The translations under genes and the position numbers were made by a program. Under the pieces are notes generated by a model. The model had not been told where the DNA came from. It made no database searches and worked only from the letters and a program-made list of their open reading frames with translations. This document shows, piece by piece, positions 15,737 through 24,619 of a stretch of 64,000 nt of DNA (positions are counted from its first letter, which is position 1; every line of letters begins with the position of its first letter). The stretch spans positions 341 through 64,340 of IMG/VR virus record IMGVR_UViG_3300048086_000017; one strand, given 5' to 3'. This DNA comes from a virus. Lineage: Duplodnaviria; Caudoviricetes.

Positions 15737-16035
15737 CAAATCAAGGAAGCATTGATGCAAGGGTCTCCAGGGTTCATCTGGAGCGGGTCCGCAAACGCCC
15801 GTTTCCCCTTTGTATCAGTGCGAGGGTAGGGATGTCGTAGCCTCTACCCTCATCCTTTTATAGTTTTGCATGCATGACGTGGGCTTCGACCCCACACCAT
15901 GCACTGACCAAGTGAACAATCGGAGGCCCACATGGCTGGTTACAGTGTACTGCGAAAAGGAAACGTGAGCAAGGATGCACCCCAATATGCCCACGTTCAT
16001 GGTGATCTCTCCCATGATAATGAGAGGGAAGACCT

Positions 16036-16917
16036 ATGAACGCCATTGCCATCGAGAAGGGGATGAAACTCCCCTTCACCCTCGCAATCCAGGCGGTAGA
16101 GGAATTGCTCGACGTATACCTCGCCGCTGATGCCCCCTTCACCATCACGCTCTACGATAGGGGCCATCCTGAGCGGCAAGCATCGACAATGCAAGAGGGC
16201 AAGCAGATCATTCGTACGCTGCTCTTCCCCGGTAATCTCTTGCATATCCACAGAGGCGAGTCTCTTGTGTATGTGTTGCCTTACAACGTGGCTAAAGACA
16301 TTGCCCGCACGGTCTACCTTCCTGAAGAAGATCGCGTCCCTCTCGCCTTCTCTGAGGAGCATTGGCTGCGATTGGTTGAGGGGAAACGGGCGTTTTTGTC
16401 AGATGAGGAGCGCATGAGGGAAGCCGCTCAAAAAACAGGTGATGGGCATAGAGGGCGCCCATTGCCTGAGGCGTGGCGTGAAGCAGTCAGCCGTGGGAAA
16501 CGCTTGCATGATGCAGGTCAGTTTGATCCTGAGCGATACGAAAGAAAGCCTCAGTTTGAAGCCTCCCCGCTTCCTGGTGATACACGCTGGATACCGCTTT
16601 CCCAACCTGACCCGGAAGTTGAGCAGGAGAAAAAGAGGCTTCTCAGTGAAAAACGCCGCAATGTTTCCGAAGAGACACGCCAGAAACTCAGCGAAGCAGG
16701 CAAGAAAAAGAAAGGGGTACGCCAAGGCCCGATGAGCAGGGAAACCCGCGACAAGCTAAGCGAGGCGTATAAAAAGCGTCCTCATACTCCCCCGGTCTAT
16801 TCAGAGGATGGGCTCAAGAGAATGGCAGAGGCGCGTGCGCGTGGCCATGAAACGCAGAAACGTCGGGCTGCAGAGCGCCGCGCCAAACAACAGGAGGCGC
16901 AAGATGATCGACATTAA
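16036..16917 (+). CDS. Hypothetical protein with C-terminal NUMOD3-like repeats
   Basis: SEETRQKLSEAGK, SRETRDKLSEAYK. Confidence 0.7.
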   Translation: MNAIAIEKGMKLPFTLAIQAVEELLDVYLAADAPFTITLYDRGHPERQASTMQEGKQIIRTLLFPGNLLHIHRGESLVYVLPYNVAKDIARTVYLPEEDRVPLAFSEEHWLRLVEGKRAFLSDEERMREAAQKTGDGHRGRPLPEAWREAVSRGKRLHDAGQFDPERYERKPQFEASPLPGDTRWIPLSQPDPEVEQEKKRLLSEKRRNVSEETRQKLSEAGKKKKGVRQGPMSRETRDKLSEAYKKRPHTPPVYSEDGLKRMAEARARGHETQKRRAAERRAKQQEAQDDRH

Positions 16918-17236
16918 GCCCGGCGTCACCTACAAATTCCAGTTGCTGTGTGAGATCGTCGAGCAGTCCGTAGTCGTGACCCTGCACACGGGCGGATTGG
17001 CATTCCAAACGGGCGTTACCAAAGGCAGTGATCTCTTCCCCACATGGCATGATGCCGGGCGCGTTCTAGAGGGTGACTCCAAAGGCGACTATAAAGCCAG
17101 GCAGGTGCTTGACGAAGGGGATATCCTGCACATCTGGCCTGTGTGGGATCGAAGCCTGCAATTGTACCAACTCTCCTATCAGGATGCGAAGGCCATGGCG
17201 ATACCAGAGACAGCAGAAAGTGAGCCAACCACATGA
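16904..17236 (+). CDS. Hypothetical protein (distant paralog of neighbours)
   Basis: RBS AGGAGG; shared F.L.C / LHI / Y.LSY pattern. Confidence 0.7.
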   Translation: MIDIKPGVTYKFQLLCEIVEQSVVVTLHTGGLAFQTGVTKGSDLFPTWHDAGRVLEGDSKGDYKARQVLDEGDILHIWPVWDRSLQLYQLSYQDAKAMAIPETAESEPTT

Positions 17237-17553
17237 GCATGAAACACCCCTATATCATTGACGCCGCAATGACGCTGCCCTTTGATCTCATCTGCGCAAG
17301 TGGGAAGGGCAAATCAGTGAGCATCCAAATCCGTAGCCGCGAACAATTTGACGTGTTTCTCATCAATCCAGGGGCCGAGAAGGCGTTCCCACTCAACCCG
17401 CCGCTGGCGCTCGCCCCGCATGACCACCTGTTCAGTTACACGACAGGCCAGCACGCCATGCTCTTGATCCGCCATGGGGGATTGGTCTACCTGCTCTCCT
17501 ATGCGGAAGCCTTGCAATTGTCCCTACTAGATGAAGAAGAGGAAAACACATGA
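17233..17553 (+). CDS. Hypothetical protein (distant paralog of neighbours)
   Basis: ATGA overlap; LPFDLIC...LLIRHGGLVYLLSY. Confidence 0.7.
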   Translation: MSMKHPYIIDAAMTLPFDLICASGKGKSVSIQIRSREQFDVFLINPGAEKAFPLNPPLALAPHDHLFSYTTGQHAMLLIRHGGLVYLLSYAEALQLSLLDEEEENT

Positions 17554-17762
17554 ATATCCCCATTGTTGACTACGTTCTTGCTTGCGTCTCGGCCTTGATT
17601 GCAGGCGCACTCTTCGGCGCTGGATATGCGGGGGTGGTTGCGCGGGGAGACCCCTACCTGAACATCATTTTCTGGCTCATCATTGCCGTGACGATTTTTC
17701 GCACAGTGCGCAGGGCACTCAAAAAGCAGGAAGCACAATCCGATGAGGAGAAAAACGCATGA
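17550..17762 (+). CDS. Small two-TM membrane protein
   Basis: Two hydrophobic segments, basic tail. Confidence 0.65.
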   Translation: MNIPIVDYVLACVSALIAGALFGAGYAGVVARGDPYLNIIFWLIIAVTIFRTVRRALKKQEAQSDEEKNA

Positions 17763-17986
17763 AAAGATACATCGTACCCGTTACACTTGCTCTCTTATCC
17801 ATTGCAAGTACGTGTTTCGTAGTTGTTGGATTGCTCAGTCTGCTCACTGCGTACTATGGGGTTGCAGCACTGGAGTTTTTCACGGCATTGGTGGCGCTCA
17901 TCCCTGTTATCCTGCTCATCCGAGAGAGGCATATAGGGCAAGACAATCAGACGCAGCCATTAGAGCAAGAGGAGGATGCGAGATGA
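17759..17986 (+). CDS. Small two-TM membrane protein
   Basis: Two hydrophobic segments. Confidence 0.65.
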   Translation: MKRYIVPVTLALLSIASTCFVVVGLLSLLTAYYGVAALEFFTALVALIPVILLIRERHIGQDNQTQPLEQEEDAR

Positions 17987-18210
17987 ATTGGCAACACATG
18001 GAATTCTTGCGACAAGTCCAGCACGAACGGCATCAAGCCCTGCTCAATGAGGCCGATGAGGAGAGACGGGCTGGTGTGTTCTCGCCTGCATCTAGCCCGT
18101 TACAGGCGTTTGCAGAGTGGCTTGCATCGGTCTGGGCGTTCCTGAACGATCGGCGGCGCGTGCATCCTCCCCTGAGTGATCCGATGTTGGAGAAGCACCA
18201 TGATCTTTGA
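17983..18210 (+). CDS. Hypothetical protein
   Basis: RBS GAGGAGG, ATGA overlap. Confidence 0.6.
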   Translation: MNWQHMEFLRQVQHERHQALLNEADEERRAGVFSPASSPLQAFAEWLASVWAFLNDRRRVHPPLSDPMLEKHHDL

Positions 18211-18478
18211 AACCAACAAACAGCCTCTCCCAGGTTTGGGGGATCTCATGCGAGCGGTGTCCTATGAACCCTTTACCGCTCGCATGACACGCAAGTACAC
18301 AGAGGCATGGGTCAGGGTCTCCTTTCGCCAACCATCGGGTCTCCATACTGTTCCCTTCTTGCTTGGCGAGAATGACGTGCTGGAGTGCTTTCAAGATGGC
18401 AAACTGGCAGGTGAGATGCGCGGGGCAAACATGCATCTCTCCGATGAGACAGAGAATGAGGAGGTCATAGCATGGTAA
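18200..18478 (+). CDS. Hypothetical protein
   Basis: ORF track frame, internal start. Confidence 0.6.
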   Translation: MIFETNKQPLPGLGDLMRAVSYEPFTARMTRKYTEAWVRVSFRQPSGLHTVPFLLGENDVLECFQDGKLAGEMRGANMHLSDETENEEVIAW

Positions 18479-18849
18479 CGCACGCTGACATCACCGATTA
18501 CCGGCTCCCTGGCCTGCTGCATGACAACTACCACATGCGTGTTGACCCTGCTACCTATGCCATAACGCTCCATAGCAGCGAGGGTGTGATACGCGTCCAT
18601 TTCGATCATCTCTCTTTCCTTGTGGTCAATGCGCTCTTAGAGGCGTATCCCTGTTCGCTCCCCCTGGCTACGTATCACACGATCCTGCTCGCCCGTCTCC
18701 ATACGCGAGCTCTCGCCCACAAGAGTCAGGGGCCTCTTATTGCATGCTGTAGCGAAATCTTACGCGATGCCTTCGGGCTGATTATCGCGTCGAGAGAGGG
18801 CTGGTATAGGCTCGCAATGTATGAGGAGGTGCGTGATGATCGATTATGA
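18472..18849 (+). CDS. OmpR/PhoB-type winged-helix-like protein
   Basis: Ends LRDAFGLIIASREGWYRL (wing-like hairpin); related to next gene. Confidence 0.55.
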   Translation: MVTHADITDYRLPGLLHDNYHMRVDPATYAITLHSSEGVIRVHFDHLSFLVVNALLEAYPCSLPLATYHTILLARLHTRALAHKSQGPLIACCSEILRDAFGLIIASREGWYRLAMYEEVRDDRL

Positions 18850-19333
18850 TGATACGCGGTTTCCTCGCTATCCGGTGCCTGCCGATGACTCGTTTGAGGA
18901 AATGCCCAATCACTGGTTCGTGTTTGATCGGCAGGAAAGAACACTTGCGCTGCTCCGATGCGTTGAGGGTCATGGCTGTTTCATGATTGGGCAAGTTTCC
19001 TTTACCCTCATCGAGTTCCCTGTCGTCTCTGAATTGTTTGCCAATGCCCCCTGGCATTCCCCGGCTGAGCGATTGTATGCGGCCTTCCAGTTTGGGGGCG
19101 TGACAGAGAAGCGTGTTGAGCAAAGCCGTGACTATCTTTTGAAAGCGGCTAAGGAAGGGATTTATGATCAGGAGATGCGCCCGCTGCGCAATGTCCTCTC
19201 TCGCGTCCGGTTGAAACTGTCTCAGTTGAGGATTGTTCCTGTTTCGATGATTGGGACGGGGTATATGCTCAGGAGGATAACCCCTATCACGGCAACTCTG
19301 TACAGCAGAAGGAGAACGCATGAAGAGGAATAA
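18836..19333 (+). CDS. OmpR/PhoB-type winged-helix DNA-binding protein without receiver domain
   Basis: MRPLRNVLSRVRLKLSQLRIVPVSMIGTGYML. Confidence 0.75.
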   Translation: MIDYDDTRFPRYPVPADDSFEEMPNHWFVFDRQERTLALLRCVEGHGCFMIGQVSFTLIEFPVVSELFANAPWHSPAERLYAAFQFGGVTEKRVEQSRDYLLKAAKEGIYDQEMRPLRNVLSRVRLKLSQLRIVPVSMIGTGYMLRRITPITATLYSRRRTHEEE

Positions 19334-20078
19334 ACTCTCCCTCTGGCTCAAAACCCGCATTGAGATGATCGCCCTCTTTGTCTTTGTGGTCGCCATTGGC
19401 ACGGGCACGACTTCAGCCTTCCTGTACACCTACAACCTCAATTCGATGCATGATGTGGTTGTTGCCTTTGGGGATGACGGGCATGTGCTGCTTGCTCTGC
19501 TCATCGCTAACCTCTTACCGGAGTTGGGGTTACTCTTCGTCGGTGTTGGTATCATGGCAATTGCGCGGGCAAGCTGGCATATCCCCTTGTCTGATATCGG
19601 GATGACAAAGCCTCACATCTCACCTGTGGGGCTGATAGTGCTGCTTCTTTCCCCATTTGCAGTCCTTTTGATGAGTTGGGGTGCAAGAAGCATTGCACCG
19701 TGGTGGCAAGGGATTGTGCATGTGGCCCCATTGGATAGGACAACGGTACTTACGGCGTTTCATGGGTTGCCGCTCTCGACGGCGTTGATGGTTGTGCATA
19801 TCGTCATTGTTGCGCCTGTCTGTGAAGAGGTGTTATTCAGGGGAGTGCTGCAATTTCAACTAGCAAGGTGGTTGCCTGCGTGGGCGGTTGTGCTCATTAT
19901 CCCGCTGGTATCGATCCTCTTTGCCGTAGGACATGAGGATCTGGGGGCGCTGCTGTCCTATGTGGGCGCGGGCCTCGTCTTTGGCCTCGTTGCGCAGATG
20001 ACCCGCTCGATATGGCCTGCTATCATCGTGCATGCGTTAGTCAATGGCCTCTTTGTGCTCATGGTGCTCACTCGTTAG
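19320..20078 (+). CDS. CPBP (Abi/CAAX) intramembrane metalloprotease
   Basis: PVCEEVLFRG, FAVGH, IIVHALVN; many TM segments. Confidence 0.9.
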   Translation: MKRNKLSLWLKTRIEMIALFVFVVAIGTGTTSAFLYTYNLNSMHDVVVAFGDDGHVLLALLIANLLPELGLLFVGVGIMAIARASWHIPLSDIGMTKPHISPVGLIVLLLSPFAVLLMSWGARSIAPWWQGIVHVAPLDRTTVLTAFHGLPLSTALMVVHIVIVAPVCEEVLFRGVLQFQLARWLPAWAVVLIIPLVSILFAVGHEDLGALLSYVGAGLVFGLVAQMTRSIWPAIIVHALVNGLFVLMVLTR

Positions 20079-20080
20079 GC

Positions 20081-20110
20081 TTGCGTACATGCCGCTTGCT
20101 ATGCTATAGT
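20081..20110 (+). promoter_or_regulatory. Probable promoter at start of late region
   Basis: TTGCGT-18-TATAGT with TG extension. Confidence 0.5.
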
Positions 20111-20139
20111 TCCCAGAAGAACACGCGAGGCGGGCACAC

Positions 20140-20334
20140 ATGGCCGATACAGGAGAACTGCCCATTGTTCCAAAGAGCCATGTTTCACCGCTGTTCCTGA
20201 CCCGCGAAATCATTAAGCGAGCAAACGGTTTCTTGAAGGGCATGCGAGACGGGGAAATCAGGATCGTCGTTGCGAACGGGCGGATACGGTGCGTGAAGCG
20301 GGTTCAGTGCTACACAATTGAAGACGAAGAATGA
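20140..20334 (+). CDS. Small protein (DUF2292/YezD-like pattern)
   Basis: GMRDGEIRIVVANGRIRCVKRV. Confidence 0.55.
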   Translation: MADTGELPIVPKSHVSPLFLTREIIKRANGFLKGMRDGEIRIVVANGRIRCVKRVQCYTIEDEE

Positions 20335-20384
20335 TGCTTGATTGATGTTCTATGCCAGCAATGGCTTAAATGAAAGAATGTTCT

Positions 20385-20424
20385 GGCGTCAAATCCTGAC
20401 GAGATCGGGGTTTGACGCCTTTTT
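20385..20424 (+). terminator. Intrinsic terminator upstream of packaging genes
   Basis: GGCGTCAAATCC / GGGTTTGACGCC + TTTTT. Confidence 0.7.
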
Positions 20425-20439
20425 GTGTGTTAGAGGGTT

Positions 20440-20703
20440 ATGAGTGATTTAGAGAAAGAAGTGGACACACTCATCAATCTGGTGATCTCGCTGCATAAGC
20501 GGGTTGTCGAGTTGCAAGAGGAGCAAGCTACCACGTCACAACTTTTGTTGCAACTCATCGCCATGCACGCGAAACAGCACAAGCCCGCCAACATGGGGCC
20601 GTCGAGGCCACTGAGCGAGGAGCAGATAGCGGGGCTAGAGGACGTGTTTGAGGGCTTTGCAGAGCGGTATAGGGCAAGGGGGCAATGTGATAGACCCTCA
20701 TGA
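20440..20703 (+). CDS. Hypothetical coiled-coil protein
   Basis: ORF track, RBS GAGG. Confidence 0.65.
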   Translation: MSDLEKEVDTLINLVISLHKRVVELQEEQATTSQLLLQLIAMHAKQHKPANMGPSRPLSEEQIAGLEDVFEGFAERYRARGQCDRPS

Positions 20704-21271
20704 GTGGATGTTGATACGACAAGAATACGAAAGTGGGGATGCCTCGTTAAGTGCCTTAGAACGCCACTACGGGGTCAGTAGGCAGGCCATAAGGAAACGT
20801 GCCGCCAAAGAGCAATGGGTGACACCAGAGCGGTTACAGGGGCCAGTTACAGGGAACTCGCATGGGGTAATCACCAGAGATGTCAACGCGGGCATGAGAG
20901 TAGCCGAAGCGATTAAGTATCGTCAAGCGGGCTGGACATATGAACGCATAGCCGCTGCGTGTTCCTATGCCAATCCAGGCAGCGCGAGAAATGCCGTGCA
21001 AAGAGAACTGGATAGGATACTGACACAACAAGTAGAGGAGTGGCGTACCGATCATCTTGCGAGACTGGAGAAGTTACATGAGGAGATATGGACGCTCACC
21101 ATGGATCGTAAGGCAAAGGGGCGATTATTCGCGCTTGACCGCACACTGGCCATTCTTGAGAGAGAGGCGAAACTCTTAGGTCTCGACAAGAAGTCGGATG
21201 AGGAGGCGCAAGGGGCGCAAGTCATCATACAGGAAGTACCGGCGGGCTTATTGGAGGGGCCGAAACTATGA
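20687..21271 (+). CDS. terS: Terminase small subunit
   Basis: HTH (YESGDASLSALERHYGVSRQAIRKRA..EQW), second HTH, ILEREAKLLGLD; directly upstream of TerL. Confidence 0.8.
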   Translation: MIDPHEWMLIRQEYESGDASLSALERHYGVSRQAIRKRAAKEQWVTPERLQGPVTGNSHGVITRDVNAGMRVAEAIKYRQAGWTYERIAAACSYANPGSARNAVQRELDRILTQQVEEWRTDHLARLEKLHEEIWTLTMDRKAKGRLFALDRTLAILEREAKLLGLDKKSDEEAQGAQVIIQEVPAGLLEGPKL

Positions 21272-22602
21272 TACGGGTTCCTGTTCAGAAGATACCGTCC
21301 CCTCAGTTGCGCGGCGCTGGCTTAGAACTTATTGGGTGCCGTGATTTAGAGGTGGCACTCGACGGACCAGCAGGGAGCGGCAAAACAGTTGCGGCACTCT
21401 TCAAGGTGCATGCATTGCTTCTTGCTTATCCAGGGGCTAAGGCGCTTGTTGCACGCAAAACCAACACCGCGCTTGCTGGATCGGCGGTGGCAACGTTTCG
21501 AGATACTATTCTCGATATTCGCCATAACGTGCATTATTTTGGGGGCAATAAGATCAAGCCTGCGGCCTTTGAGTATGCGAATGGATCGCTCATGATTATC
21601 AATGGGCTTGATCGCCCCGGTAAAGTGAAGTCGTGGGAATTTGACGTTGCCTATATCAACGAGGCCAGTGAGTGCAACGTAGAGGATATCGAGTTTGTGC
21701 GGTCAAGGTTGCGCAACGGCAAAATGCCCTATCACCAGCTCATCATGGACACCAATCCCGATGCTCCGATGCACTGGTTAAACCTTCGCTGTAACGCGGG
21801 GATAACGACGCGCCTCCTCTCGCGCCACGAAGACAATCCGCGCTATCATGATGGGCGTGATTGGACAGAAGAGGGACGCGCCTATATCTTCGATGTGTTG
21901 GAAGGGTTAACCGGTGTGAGATTGGCCCGCCTCCGCTATGGTGTCTGGGCTGCGGCTGAAGGGGCCGTCTACATGGACTCCTATGATAGAGCACGCAATG
22001 TCATCAACCCCTTCCCTATCCCACTTGAATGGCCTCGTTGGGTGGTTTTAGATTTTGGCTACACCAACCCATTCGTTGCAAAGTTCTATGCAGAAGATCC
22101 CGACGGCAGGCTCTTCATGTATCGTGAATTCTACCGTACAAAGACGCTGGTTGAAGATCATGTGCAATACATCAAGCAGGTTGTGCGTTGGGGTGAGAAA
22201 GGCGGCGAACCGCTACCACGTGCCGTTATTGCAGATCATGACGCTGAAGACCGCGAGACGTTCACTAGGCATAGTGGGCTATTCACGATACCAGCACACA
22301 AAACGGTGAGCGATGGTATCCAGGCGGTAGCGTCACGGTTGCGCCCCGCCGGTGATGGTCGCCCTCGTTTGATGTACTTCAACAATGCGCTGGTCGAGCC
22401 TGACCCCGAACTGGTGAGAGCAAAGAAGCCCAAATGTACCATTGAGGAATTCGATACGTACATTTGGGACACACGGCAAGGGATGAAACGCGGTGAATTG
22501 CCGGTAAAAGACTCAGATCATGGTTTAGATTGTGATCGGTACATGTGCGCTTATAAAGACTTAGTGCCTTCGGGCGTGAAATACAGTAGCAGGATTTATT
22601 AG
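21268..22602 (+). CDS. terL: Terminase large subunit (PBSX-like)
   Basis: GPAGSGKT Walker A; YINEASE Walker B; DTNP; LDFGYTNP and DHGLDCDRY nuclease motifs. Confidence 0.95.
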   Translation: MIRVPVQKIPSPQLRGAGLELIGCRDLEVALDGPAGSGKTVAALFKVHALLLAYPGAKALVARKTNTALAGSAVATFRDTILDIRHNVHYFGGNKIKPAAFEYANGSLMIINGLDRPGKVKSWEFDVAYINEASECNVEDIEFVRSRLRNGKMPYHQLIMDTNPDAPMHWLNLRCNAGITTRLLSRHEDNPRYHDGRDWTEEGRAYIFDVLEGLTGVRLARLRYGVWAAAEGAVYMDSYDRARNVINPFPIPLEWPRWVVLDFGYTNPFVAKFYAEDPDGRLFMYREFYRTKTLVEDHVQYIKQVVRWGEKGGEPLPRAVIADHDAEDRETFTRHSGLFTIPAHKTVSDGIQAVASRLRPAGDGRPRLMYFNNALVEPDPELVRAKKPKCTIEEFDTYIWDTRQGMKRGELPVKDSDHGLDCDRYMCAYKDLVPSGVKYSSRIY

Positions 22603-22611
22603 GAGCAAGCC

Positions 22612-24078
22612 ATGCAAACGATGACCGCGCCCGCGCAAGTACAGCAGCCAGCCTATGAGATCAGCGATAGTGATAGAGAGCGTGTACAGCGGATAGCCCA
22701 GGCTTGGGATGCCTACAACGGTAATCTTGTAGAGCCGCTCAAAAAGCTACCTGAAAGCCCGAACGACAATGTGTTATCGAATCGATGCCAGCCCATCGTA
22801 GACCGTGGCATTGACTTCTTATTTGGCAAAGAGTTAGAGATCAGTTGCGAGGAGGGCGCACCGCAAGAGGCTCAGGACTTCTTAGACGCCACATGGGGAC
22901 GCAAGGAGACACGCATACCGCTCTTGCAAAAGCTTGCCATGAGTGGTGCTATAGCAGGGCAAGCGTTCCTCCGTATCGTGCCGAGTGTAGACAAAACATT
23001 CAGGCTTATCGTGGTTGACCCTGCCACCGTCTACGTTCGCACTGCCCCACAAGACTGTGAGACGGTCCTCCTCTACTGCATTGAATATGCCAGCGACCAG
23101 AAGATCGAAGGACGCCCGCAGCGTGTCTACTACCGGGAAGAGATCACGCGTATCAATCCCGATGCAAATAGTGGTGAGCAATATGCGGATACCGACGCAT
23201 CTGGCATCGATCCAGATGACACATGGTCGATTGCGCACTGGACAAAGATTGGTGACAGAGGCCAATGGATACCAGCGGGTGAGCCGATCATCTGGCCCTA
23301 CCCGTTCGCTCCTCTGTTCTCATGCCAGAACCTCCCAAAGCCGAGCGACTTCTGGGGCATCCCTGATTTAACACCCGATTTGATTGGCGTGAATAACGCG
23401 CTCAACCTTGTGCAGAGCAACATCAACCGCATAATCAAACTGTATGGCTCGCCAATCATCTACAGTACCGGCGTAGGCGATACCGTCATCGACATCAAAC
23501 CAGGGAAGATCATCGGCTTGCCCTTGCCAGAAAGCAAGATTGTCGCCGTGACCCTGCAATCAGACCTTGCCAACGCGCTGCAATTTGCGATGAACTTGCG
23601 CTCCGATATCGATGAGCAATCCTCAGTCCCCGGCGTGGCAACCGGGCGCATTGTCGATTTACCGCGTGGCACGATGAGCGCCGTTGCCTTAGAATTGCTC
23701 TTTATGCCCTTACTGCTCAAGATGAATAAAAAGAGGTGTGGGTATGGCTCTTTAATTCTCGATGTAAGTAAGGCCCTATTAGCACTCAATAACATGAGTG
23801 GCGATATTGAGATGACGATTGCTTGGGTCGATCCACTGCCACATGATGATTTAACGGCCATGCAGGCGGCGATATTAAAGCAGCAAATTGGAGTCTCGAC
23901 GCGCACACTTTTAGAGGAGCTTGGTATGGATGCTGATGAGGAGGAAGAGCGTAACCAGGAAGAGGCTGCGCAGAAGATGACGAACTTTGCACAAGGGCGA
24001 GGCATGCCCCCACCGATGGATATGAATGCACAACCGCAACCGCAAGATCAGGGCAATCAGCCATTTGGAGGGCAATAA
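22612..24078 (+). CDS. Portal protein (SPP1-like)
   Basis: Follows TerL; SAVALELLFMPL, VSTRTLLEELG...EEEER. Confidence 0.9.
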   Translation: MQTMTAPAQVQQPAYEISDSDRERVQRIAQAWDAYNGNLVEPLKKLPESPNDNVLSNRCQPIVDRGIDFLFGKELEISCEEGAPQEAQDFLDATWGRKETRIPLLQKLAMSGAIAGQAFLRIVPSVDKTFRLIVVDPATVYVRTAPQDCETVLLYCIEYASDQKIEGRPQRVYYREEITRINPDANSGEQYADTDASGIDPDDTWSIAHWTKIGDRGQWIPAGEPIIWPYPFAPLFSCQNLPKPSDFWGIPDLTPDLIGVNNALNLVQSNINRIIKLYGSPIIYSTGVGDTVIDIKPGKIIGLPLPESKIVAVTLQSDLANALQFAMNLRSDIDEQSSVPGVATGRIVDLPRGTMSAVALELLFMPLLLKMNKKRCGYGSLILDVSKALLALNNMSGDIEMTIAWVDPLPHDDLTAMQAAILKQQIGVSTRTLLEELGMDADEEEERNQEEAAQKMTNFAQGRGMPPPMDMNAQPQPQDQGNQPFGGQ

Positions 24079-24305
24079 TGGCTGATAGAGAGGACACGAC
24101 GGCAAATAGCAGATGGCAGCCTATCATGGTTGTGTTACGACAAGGGGGAAGGCTCGAATGCGGGTGTGGAGCGTTGGGCGTGATTATTCTGAGCAAGATA
24201 ACTCCTGAGAACGATCATCAACTAGAAGAGTTTCAATGCTACTGTCAATCATGTTGGCTGAGTGAGTTGGAAGAAGCGGCAAAGAGGAAAGAGGAGGAAG
24301 CCTAA
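24078..24305 (+). CDS. Small Cys-rich hypothetical protein
   Basis: CGCG...YCQSC; abuts portal stop. Confidence 0.6.
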   Translation: MADREDTTANSRWQPIMVVLRQGGRLECGCGALGVIILSKITPENDHQLEEFQCYCQSCWLSELEEAAKRKEEEA

Positions 24306-24619
24306 TGCCACGAAAGAAATGCGTGCTTGTACCGCCAGACCCGCCAACATTCAGCGTCGAGATGCCCGATTGGCTCACGTGGTCGTATGAGTTGCACCTT
24401 GAAGGCTTCAAGACAAAGGTAGAGATCACGCACGCTGGCAAGATCATCACGCTTGCCAACATCCTGCCATGGGATGATTTCATTCATGGGCTAGCAACGG
24501 GCTGGTCATGCTATCCAGAACTGCACTGCAATGCTGACTTGACCACACTGCTTAATAGTTTTATCGAGCAGTGCATTGCTGACGGGCGGTACACGCCAAT
24601 AAGGGAGAGCAAGAAGTGA
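24305..24619 (+). CDS. Hypothetical protein
   Basis: RBS GAGGAGG; abuts. Confidence 0.65.
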   Translation: MPRKKCVLVPPDPPTFSVEMPDWLTWSYELHLEGFKTKVEITHAGKIITLANILPWDDFIHGLATGWSCYPELHCNADLTTLLNSFIEQCIADGRYTPIRESKK

